Below are positions 57,250 to 64,000 of a stretch of 64,000 nt of DNA, in pieces. The translations under genes were made by a program, and so were the position numbers. The notes under the pieces are model-generated. The model was given only the letters and a program-made list of their open reading frames with translations, made no database searches and was not told the DNA's origin. Source of the stretch: Acidobacteriota bacterium (GTDB taxonomy: Bacteria > Acidobacteriota > Aminicenantia > UBA2199); assembly GCA_039714255.1 (NCBI GenBank), contig JBDLJQ010000003.1, positions 9,191-73,190 of the forward strand, in the 5' to 3' direction. Positions within the stretch are counted from its first letter, which is position 1. Every line of letters begins with the position of its first letter.

Positions 57250-58562
57250 AAAGATCAATATCATTCACAATAATCACTACATTTGTAACAGCTATTTTTG
57301 TCGGTACATTATTGCTGATGCTTCCATTCTCCACAACCGGTAGTTCAATCAGCTTTGAGGATGCTTTGTTTACATCAACATCAGCTGTCACTGTTACAGG
57401 GCTTATTGTCCTTGATACAAATGAGGATTTCACCCGGTTCGGGAAGATAGTTATATTAGTATTAATTCAGTTAGGTGGTCTTGGATTCATGACATTCTCC
57501 ACACTGGCAATTCTGCTTATTGGAAAATCTATCTCAATTTCAGATAAAATGCTGCTCGAAAATGATTTTTCTTCCGGAAATAAAAAAAATATAAGGGATA
57601 TGATAAAAAAAATAATTCTTTTAACTTTCGGATTTGAATTAACCGGATCAATAGTTTTATTCTTCAACTTTGCAAACCTGAACCTCAGTGAAAGAATATT
57701 TTCATCTGTATTTCATTCAATATCTGCATTTTGTAATGCAGGATTCTCAATATTTACTAATAATTTTGAAAATTATATAACAGACCCTGTTATTAACAGT
57801 ACTTTGAGCATCCTGATTATTTCCGGTGGGATCGGGTTTCTTGTTCTCAATGAAATTTACCTTTTTATATCCCGGAAGAAAAGTATTTCAAAATTCTCAC
57901 TCCATTCAAAACTAGTGCTCATAACAAGCTTCATCCTTATAATTACAGGTTTTGTTATTATACTGGCTGAACAATTTATAAACAGCAATAATTCTTTATC
58001 TGTCGGAGAAAAGATATACACATCATTATTTCACTCGGTCTCGGCAAGGACAGCAGGATTTAATACAATAAATCTTAATTATTTTTCTCTGGGATCAGTT
58101 TTTATTCTATTGATCTTAATGTTCATTGGTGCTTCACCCGGTTCAACTGGAGGAGGAGTAAAAACCTCATCAGCAGGAATGGTAATTATGTATTTCAGAT
58201 CAAAACTTAAAGGGATGGACAAAACAAGTCTCTTTTACAGGACCATACCAAAAGATAATATTGAAAAAGCTTTTATTATGATAATTATATCCTTTTTACT
58301 TATCTCATTATCCTTTCTTTTAATTCTTACCTTTGAAAATGAGCTGGGTTTCATGGACCTGTTATTCGAAACTGTATCTGCATTCGGAACGGTCGGGTTA
58401 AGCCTCGGTGTAACTTCAAAATTAGCTTTATCTTCAAAGTTTGTTATAATTATTACAATGTTCATAGGAAGGATTGGGCCCCTTACATTATTACTGGCAA
58501 TGAGTAAAAAAGAGTCCAAGGCAGTATATAATTATCCGGAAGAAAATATTATGATCGGATAA
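57246..58562 (+). CDS. trkH: TrkH/KtrB-family potassium transporter membrane subunit
   Basis: About 10 TM segments with repeated MPM pore motifs (TGGGVKT). 4-nt overlap with lepB. Confidence 0.85.
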   Translation: MKRSISFTIITTFVTAIFVGTLLLMLPFSTTGSSISFEDALFTSTSAVTVTGLIVLDTNEDFTRFGKIVILVLIQLGGLGFMTFSTLAILLIGKSISISDKMLLENDFSSGNKKNIRDMIKKIILLTFGFELTGSIVLFFNFANLNLSERIFSSVFHSISAFCNAGFSIFTNNFENYITDPVINSTLSILIISGGIGFLVLNEIYLFISRKKSISKFSLHSKLVLITSFILIITGFVIILAEQFINSNNSLSVGEKIYTSLFHSVSARTAGFNTINLNYFSLGSVFILLILMFIGASPGSTGGGVKTSSAGMVIMYFRSKLKGMDKTSLFYRTIPKDNIEKAFIMIIISFLLISLSFLLILTFENELGFMDLLFETVSAFGTVGLSLGVTSKLALSSKFVIIITMFIGRIGPLTLLLAMSKKESKAVYNYPEENIMIG

Positions 58563-58571
58563 GGAGAAATA

Positions 58572-59270
58572 ATGAAAAAAATTATCGTTATCGGCCTGGG
58601 AAGTTTTGGAATAAATCTTGTAAAATCTCTTTCAGAAAAAAACATGGAAATTATTGCAGTTGATGTGAGCAACCAGAGAGTGAATGAAATCAAGGATATT
58701 GTTACACAACCGGTCACAATGGATGCTACAAAAAAAGATAATTTGATCTCTCTCGGCTTATCCGATGTTGACTGCGTTGTGGTCTCCAGCGGGCCTGACC
58801 TTGAATCCAGCATACTTATTGTTCATATTTTAAACGAACTCGGAGTTTCCTGCATAATTGCCAAAGCATTATCAGAGGATCACAAAAAAATACTTCAGCT
58901 TGTGGGAGCTACTGAAATATTATTTCCGGAAAAAGATGTTGCTGTTAAACTGGCAAACCAGATCAATTCTCCGAACCTTATGGATTATATTCCCCTTGAG
59001 TCCGGTTTTATAATTGAAGAGATAGCTTCTCCTGATATTTTTGTGGGAAAAACTTTACAGGAACTAATGATAAGGAACAAATATAATGTTAACGTTATTG
59101 CAATAAAACAGATAATTCCGGATAAGAAAACTTCTCAATCAGGTGATAACGGCGATTCGGGATTAACACTTAACCCTGCCGGTGATTTTCTCATAAAAGA
59201 GAGTGATATACTCATAGTCCTGGGTAGCGAAAAAGATATCGAAAACCTTCACACCAAAATAAAAAACTGA
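58572..59270 (+). CDS. trkA: TrkA/KtrA potassium uptake regulatory subunit (RCK_N + RCK_C)
   Basis: Rossmann GLGSFG N-terminal domain and a TrkA-C C-terminal domain. Confidence 0.85.
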   Translation: MKKIIVIGLGSFGINLVKSLSEKNMEIIAVDVSNQRVNEIKDIVTQPVTMDATKKDNLISLGLSDVDCVVVSSGPDLESSILIVHILNELGVSCIIAKALSEDHKKILQLVGATEILFPEKDVAVKLANQINSPNLMDYIPLESGFIIEEIASPDIFVGKTLQELMIRNKYNVNVIAIKQIIPDKKTSQSGDNGDSGLTLNPAGDFLIKESDILIVLGSEKDIENLHTKIKN

Positions 59271-59377
59271 TAATTTTCATATGTAAAATTTTGAATTTTT
59301 TTCTTATATAAGTAAAGTTTTCACTAATATTGTTATGGATAATGAGTGTTTTTTTATTAAAAACTAATTTAATATAG

Positions 59378-60943
59378 TCAGGCTTTTACCTGTTTTACTA
59401 TGTCGATTATTGTTCCGTCAACCCATTTTATTGCTGCAATTACTTTATCACCGAATTGAGGTTTATCAGGTTTGGCACCACTTATCTTTTCAGCTTCATC
59501 CTTTAGTTCCTGAATCGATCTTATTGGAAGGTTTGACCCTGAAACAGCTTTTATGAGATCTTTTCTTTTAGGATTGATAGCAATTCCCCTCTCTGTAACA
59601 ACAACATCTATCAACTCTCCCGGGCCGGTTAAAGTTGTAACTTTGTCTACTATCACCGGAATTCTATCCCTGAACAGTGGCACAGGCAATATAACGGTCT
59701 TACCGAAAAGACAATTCTGCCACCCCCCTATTCCATGTAAAAGCCTTCCATCGGAATGTGTGACCACATTTGCATTAAAATCGAGATCTATCTCAGTTGC
59801 CCCAAGTGCCACCATATCCAGCATGGATGCAAAGTTTCCCTTTCCATGAAAATTATAACTGGTAAACGGGCTTGTATCCTGGTGTGTCGGATTTTCCCTC
59901 ATCGACCTTACACCCTCCAGGTCGAAGGTCTGACCGTCAAGAATAAATCCGGTTAATCCTTCTTCAAGCATGGATGTAATATATTGAGTTGATCCACCTC
60001 GAATAAAGCTTGCTTTAACCTTATTTTTCCTCATAAAATCTCTTAAAAAAACCGTAAAAGCAAGTGATGTTCCTCCGGCTCCCGCCTGAAAAGAAAATCC
60101 TTCCTTTATCAATCCGGCCTCTGCAGCAAACTTAACAGCCATCTCTGCGATCAGCAACCTGTCAGGGCTTTTTGTAAGCTGTGTTGTACCGGAAATTATC
60201 TTCTGAGGATCTCCAATTGAATCAACTTCAACAACAAAATCAACATTATTACCCTGAATCTGCCAGGGTATACAGGGGAACGGTTCAAGGTTATCAGTAA
60301 CAATTATCACTCTGTCAGCATATTGAGAATCTGCCAGGGCAAAACCCAGCAGGCCGCATGCAGCTTTGCCGCGAACTCCATTGGCATTTCCGAAAAAATC
60401 AGAAGCGGGAGCAGATATAACTGCTATATCTATATGTACATCGCCATCCTGCACTGCCTGATATCTTCCTCCATGTGATCTGAGAATTCCGGTTCCTCTC
60501 ATTTTTCCTTTAGAAGCATAGTCACCCAATGGGCCGTTCATACTTCCTTCTATATGATGGATCACTCCATTATCCAGATGTTTTATAATTGGAGAATGAA
60601 CAGGAAAAGATGCACTGGGGAACCACCTCAGGTCTTTAGCACCCAGTTCGGCTGCAGCATCAAATACCATATTTCCGACATAATCGCCATTTCTCAAATG
60701 ATGATGTGTCGATATGGTCATTCCATCTTTCAGGCCTGCTTTTTTTAAAGCCTCAAGAATTGATGGCACCCTTTTATCCCCGTTCGAAGGATAATCGACA
60801 CATGATCTGATGGGAGGAGCGGCCTTCCTTCCTGTGGCCTTAAGTTTTCCAACGCCTTTAAAGGGGATATGCTCTTCACCATTAATTTCTTTTAATACTT
60901 CTCTTCCGGCTGCATTTATTTCTGTTATATATTTATCACTCAT
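59378..60943 (-). CDS. citF: Citrate lyase alpha subunit (citrate CoA-transferase)
   Basis: Full-length similarity to CitF (DGMTISTHHHLRNGDYVGNMV..., GNANGVRGKAACG, GAGGTSLA). 521 aa. Confidence 0.88.
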   Translation of the reverse strand: MSDKYITEINAAGREVLKEINGEEHIPFKGVGKLKATGRKAAPPIRSCVDYPSNGDKRVPSILEALKKAGLKDGMTISTHHHLRNGDYVGNMVFDAAAELGAKDLRWFPSASFPVHSPIIKHLDNGVIHHIEGSMNGPLGDYASKGKMRGTGILRSHGGRYQAVQDGDVHIDIAVISAPASDFFGNANGVRGKAACGLLGFALADSQYADRVIIVTDNLEPFPCIPWQIQGNNVDFVVEVDSIGDPQKIISGTTQLTKSPDRLLIAEMAVKFAAEAGLIKEGFSFQAGAGGTSLAFTVFLRDFMRKNKVKASFIRGGSTQYITSMLEEGLTGFILDGQTFDLEGVRSMRENPTHQDTSPFTSYNFHGKGNFASMLDMVALGATEIDLDFNANVVTHSDGRLLHGIGGWQNCLFGKTVILPVPLFRDRIPVIVDKVTTLTGPGELIDVVVTERGIAINPKRKDLIKAVSGSNLPIRSIQELKDEAEKISGAKPDKPQFGDKVIAAIKWVDGTIIDIVKQVKA

Positions 60944-62153
60944 TATCTTCTCTCCATTCTTTACCTAGCAGGCCTTCTCTTAAAGCCAGATCAATGGTTT
61001 GTAAAGCCCTCTTAACAACCGGAGGATCGATCATCTTGCTGCCCAGAGAGACAACACCCAACCCCATTTTTTCAGCATGTTCAAAAGCTTTTACAATTTT
61101 TTTCGCTTTTGCTATTTCATCTGCAGCAGGGGCAAATCCTTCATGCACCACCTGGATCTGTCTCGGATGAATACATCCTTTTCCGTTAAATCCAAGCGAT
61201 TTGGCTTCCAGAACACTTGCTTTAAGCCCCTCCATATCAGAAACATCTGAAAAAACCGTATCTATTGCCTGAATACCGGCAGCCTTTGCCGCATTTACGA
61301 TCATGGACCGGGCAAAAAAGCTCTCTTTACCTTCATTAGTTCTCTTAGTTCCTATATCAGCAGTATAATCTTCAAGGCCTATTGCAAGGGCTACAATATT
61401 TTTCGAAGAAGAGGCAATATTGAACGCATTTATAATACCAAGTGCGCTTTCAATTATAGGCATAAGAAATACTTCCCCGGAAATATTCTCCTTTTTCCGG
61501 ATCTCATCTATTTTTAATTCAACCTGTCTTATCTGGTCTGCAGTTTCGATCTTTGGCAGTAATATCAGATCGGTTTTTTGAGGTACAATTTCCTCAATGT
61601 CCTTTAGCCCAAGGGGTAACTGGTTTATCCTTACCATTCTTTCAGAATTCATAAAATCAACCGATCTTAAAGCATTTCTTACTATCAGCCTTGCTGTATC
61701 TTTTGATACAGGGGAAACAGAATCCTCCAGATCAAGTATAATACCGTCCGGCCTGTGGATTGCAGCATTAATAAAAAGTTTCGGCTGATCTCCCGGTAAA
61801 TATAATCTGCTTCTTCTGAACCTGTCCCTTGAACTCTTTTTTACTTCATAGTTCCAGGGAGGGAGATATTGTCTACCACCATCAAGCCCGAGGCCTCTTA
61901 TCACTGCTTCCATTCTTGCCATAATTACAAATGGCAATGCACCTTTATCATCAATTTCTATTTCACAATTTTTAATTTGATAAAAATCCAGTATTTTAAG
62001 AACAAGTTCTTTTATTGATCTTCCATATAATACATCGACCTTGCTTTTAACAGAGAGATCTATTCCATTCTTTTTTGTTATCTTAATTCTAACATAGCAA
62101 TCTGACCTTACCCTCTCCCCTTTACTGCCTGATGAAAACTCATTTGAGCTCAT
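60936..62153 (-). CDS. citE: Fused citrate lyase acyl-carrier gamma subunit (CitD) + beta subunit (CitE, citryl-CoA lyase)
   Basis: N-terminal ~100 aa resemble CitD (prosthetic-group Ser in GERVRSDCYVRI; IDDKGAL). The remainder matches CitE/HpcH aldolase-like (ILDLEDSV, PKIETA, ESALGI, GLEDY). 8-nt overlap with citF. Confidence 0.8.
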   Translation of the reverse strand: MSSNEFSSGSKGERVRSDCYVRIKITKKNGIDLSVKSKVDVLYGRSIKELVLKILDFYQIKNCEIEIDDKGALPFVIMARMEAVIRGLGLDGGRQYLPPWNYEVKKSSRDRFRRSRLYLPGDQPKLFINAAIHRPDGIILDLEDSVSPVSKDTARLIVRNALRSVDFMNSERMVRINQLPLGLKDIEEIVPQKTDLILLPKIETADQIRQVELKIDEIRKKENISGEVFLMPIIESALGIINAFNIASSSKNIVALAIGLEDYTADIGTKRTNEGKESFFARSMIVNAAKAAGIQAIDTVFSDVSDMEGLKASVLEAKSLGFNGKGCIHPRQIQVVHEGFAPAADEIAKAKKIVKAFEHAEKMGLGVVSLGSKMIDPPVVKRALQTIDLALREGLLGKEWREDNE

Positions 62154-62169
62154 CTTACCTCCTGAACCT

Positions 62170-62769
62170 TTAATTATTTAATTTAACATCACTGGACATA
62201 CCTTCAACTATCTGGCGGATATAAAATGACTTAAAGAAAAATAATTTGGAACTGCTTGATTTCATATATAATTCCACAACTGTTTTTCCCCATTCTTTTG
62301 ACATTTTTTTAAATATTACTTTTGAAGTTGTTTTATATCCGAAAGTTGAATTTATTATAATTTTACTGCTTGAATTACCAGGTTGAAGTGGTTTTTTCAG
62401 GGACATAACGAATCCCTCTCCTATGGATTTTCCAATATATAATCCTCTGAACACTCCAAGGAGATAAACATTTTCCATCGGTTTTGTTCCGACATTTCTC
62501 ATCCGGAAAGATATCTGAGGTACCATTATAATTCCCTTAAAATCTTCATTTTCGATCTTTTCTTTTTCAATCCATTGGCTTGATATATCAAAGATTTCTA
62601 TCGAAGATCTTATATCTTCCTCAGTTATTGCCGAATCCACCATCTTTGCCTTAATATAAAGAATAGAAACAAATATTAATGCTATAAAAATGATCAATAT
62701 CCAGAATTTTGGTTTTTTCCATTCCGGTTTAGTGTATTCTTCAAAAAAATTCTCAATATTTTTATCCAT
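62170..62769 (-). CDS. Hypothetical membrane-anchored protein
   Basis: Single N-terminal TM (FWILIIFIALIFVSILYI) and a soluble domain of unknown function. Confidence 0.45.
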   Translation of the reverse strand: MDKNIENFFEEYTKPEWKKPKFWILIIFIALIFVSILYIKAKMVDSAITEEDIRSSIEIFDISSQWIEKEKIENEDFKGIIMVPQISFRMRNVGTKPMENVYLLGVFRGLYIGKSIGEGFVMSLKKPLQPGNSSSKIIINSTFGYKTTSKVIFKKMSKEWGKTVVELYMKSSSSKLFFFKSFYIRQIVEGMSSDVKLNN

Positions 62770-62847
62770 TTTGACCTCATATGTTGATAAAAACCGATTA
62801 TATCACAGTTCTTTTTTACCATAAATAAAAAAAATAAATATCTGTTC

Positions 62848-62866
62848 TCTCTCCCTCTGGGAGAGA
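62848..62866. repeat. GC-rich perfect palindrome TCTCTCCC-tct-GGGAGAGA, with an alternative pairing to AGAGGG at 62872-62877
   Basis: 8-bp perfect inverted arms around a 3-bp centre in a ~30% GC genome. CCCTCT at 62853-62858 can alternatively pair with AGAGGG at 62872-62877, giving two mutually exclusive hairpins. Confidence 0.5.
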
Positions 62867-62882
62867 TTAAGAGAGGGTATTT

Positions 62883-62946
62883 CTCAATGACAAGTTCATG
62901 GAATTTCCCAATGACAATTTCTGATAATCTCTTTATGACAATCTAT
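62883..62946 (+). promoter_or_regulatory. Three phased direct repeats (core ATGACAA, extended CAATGACAAtTTC) with exact 24-bp spacing upstream of the phoH-like promoter
   Basis: ATGACAA at 62887-62893, 62911-62917 and 62935-62941. The first two copies share 13 of 16 positions. They end 26 bp before the -35 element. Confidence 0.5.
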
Positions 62947-62967
62947 ATGTTTTTCTTTTTCGATAAT

Positions 62968-62996
62968 TTGACTTTTTTACGCATGAAATATATAAT
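62968..62996 (+). promoter_or_regulatory. Near-consensus sigma70 promoter for the phoH-like gene
   Basis: TTGACT (62968-62973), 17-bp spacer, TATAAT (62991-62996). Predicted transcription start about 20 nt upstream of the ATG at 63024. Confidence 0.5.
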
Positions 62997-63023
62997 TTCT
63001 GCACTTAAATGAGTTAACATTAA

Positions 63024-63965
63024 ATGGAAGAGATAATATACCCTGAAGAAAAAAAAGATAATTTTTTAGTCCTGTTCGAGAAAAACCTTTCAAAAATTGA
63101 AAAAAATTTTAACCTGAATATTTCCCTCAGAGGAAATAAAATAATGTTTGACGGTGAAAGTACAAAAAAGAGGGCATTTAAACAATTCATAAATAATCTG
63201 ATAAATGTAAATAAAACCAGGTCCTCATTAAATGGAAATGATTTTAGTATCGGGTTGAGCATGGTAAGTGAAGGTAAGGTAGAAAATATGAAAAAAGAAC
63301 TGCTTGAATATCAGAAAATAAATATTAACGGTAAAGACGTATACCCTAAAACCTTTAATCAGAATCTCTATATTAAATCAGCTTTTCAAAATGATCTTAC
63401 CTTTTCTATCGGGCCTGCAGGAACAGGTAAAACTTTCCTGGCCATCGCAATAGCTCTACATTATCTATTGAGTAAGAAACTTGACAGGATAGTTTTAACA
63501 AGGCCGGTTGTTGAAGCCGGTGAAAAGCTTGGTTTCCTGCCCGGAGATATTCAGCAGAAAGTAAACCCCTACTTCAGGCCTTTATATGACTCTCTTTACA
63601 CGCTTATCGGGTTTGATAAAACTACAGAATTAATTGAAAGGGAAATTATAGAAGTTGCTCCTCTGGCATATATGAGGGGAAGAACAATTAATAATGCTTT
63701 TATAATACTGGATGAAGGCCAGAATACATTAAATTCACAGATGCAGATGTTCCTTACCAGATTCGGCCAGAATTCGAAAGTAATTGTTACAGCAGATATA
63801 TCACAGATCGATTTGAGCGAACCAAAAAAATCAGGAATATTTAAGGCAACCAGGATACTTAAAAATATAAAGGGAATAGGTTTTGTAAAATTAAAGGATA
63901 AAGATGTTGTAAGGCATCACCTGGTCCAAAAAATCATCAGAGCTTATGACAAGGAACAAAAATGA
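63024..63965 (+). CDS. phoH: PhoH-like ATPase (PhoH/YbeZ family)
   Basis: Walker A GPAGTGKTFLAI, Walker B ILDEGQN, and a conserved C-terminal region. 313 aa. Confidence 0.88.
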   Translation: MEEIIYPEEKKDNFLVLFEKNLSKIEKNFNLNISLRGNKIMFDGESTKKRAFKQFINNLINVNKTRSSLNGNDFSIGLSMVSEGKVENMKKELLEYQKININGKDVYPKTFNQNLYIKSAFQNDLTFSIGPAGTGKTFLAIAIALHYLLSKKLDRIVLTRPVVEAGEKLGFLPGDIQQKVNPYFRPLYDSLYTLIGFDKTTELIEREIIEVAPLAYMRGRTINNAFIILDEGQNTLNSQMQMFLTRFGQNSKVIVTADISQIDLSEPKKSGIFKATRILKNIKGIGFVKLKDKDVVRHHLVQKIIRAYDKEQK

Positions 63966-64000
63966 AGTTTGAATTAAACTTTTTAAAGCCGGATTTTTCT
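63962..64000 (+). CDS. Start of a downstream gene (partial, 13 codons), unknown product
   Basis: ATG overlapping the phoH TGA (ATGA) opens a frame (MKFELNFLKPDFS) that runs to the window end. Too short to classify. Confidence 0.3.
   Translation, partial: MKFELNFLKPDFS

Noticed and set aside
1-64000. Alternative genetic code (e.g. code 4 or 25, as in some candidate-phylum lineages)
   Set aside because: TGA terminates several well-conserved genes at the expected length (hflX, era, phoH), and no in-frame TGA interrupts conserved domains.

Overview
The window is low-GC (about 30% by eye), very gene-dense, with almost no non-coding DNA. It looks like core chromosome of a diderm (outer-membrane-bearing) bacterium. 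Standard genetic code: TGA is used as a stop (e.g. hflX, era), so it is not a code-4/25 lineage. Shine-Dalgarno AGGAG/GGAG motifs are common. I found no CRISPR array, no transposase or integrase, and no prophage.

Gene content, in order:
- Minus strand: a partial TPR lipoprotein, hflX, miaA (no hfq between miaA and hflX), a DUF4388/PATAN-like protein, purF.
- A plus-strand block: metallophosphoesterase, CorC/HlyC-type CBS transporter, era, ileS, lspA, lgt, rluD, and two SurA/PrsA-like PPIases.
- A long minus-strand unit containing a complete Tol-Pal cluster (tolQ-tolR-tolA-tolB-pal-ybgF). It is followed without intergenic space by ssb, an MglA-family Ras-like GTPase with a ~160-aa acidic tail, two ~448-aa secreted proteins and a small outer-membrane beta-barrel.
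- Upstream of Tol-Pal: prsW and a tripartite RND efflux pump (TolC-like / membrane-fusion adaptor / RND permease).
- A secreted tricorn-protease homologue (1094 aa), then a strong bidirectional terminator.
- Bacteroidetes/FCB-style topoisomerase IV (parC 888 aa, parE 618 aa), hinting at an FCB-superphylum-like or candidate-division origin.
- tRNA-Met(CAT) with a sigma70-like promoter, a COG1579 Zn-ribbon protein, a split transketolase, ftsEX.
- holB and a PSP1/RicT-like gene (minus), hslVU, an Fn3-like lipoprotein, a DUF362/ferredoxin protein.
- A Tat-signal Cys-type sulfatase, a 1130-aa secreted M1-like + M28 + PDZ fusion peptidase, a 2-hydroxyacid dehydrogenase, a PNP/UDP-family nucleosidase.
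- lepB, trkH/trkA, citrate lyase (citF plus a fused citD-citE), a small membrane protein, and a phoH-like gene.

The phoH-like gene sits behind a near-consensus promoter. That promoter is preceded by three phased direct repeats and a GC-rich palindrome.

The most unusual biology is the MglA-like GTPase embedded in the Tol-Pal/ssb transcription unit with co-operonic secreted/outer-membrane proteins and no MglB partner, and the M1+M28+PDZ peptidase fusion. The DUF4388/PATAN-like protein, a possible partner for small GTPases, is a weaker lead.
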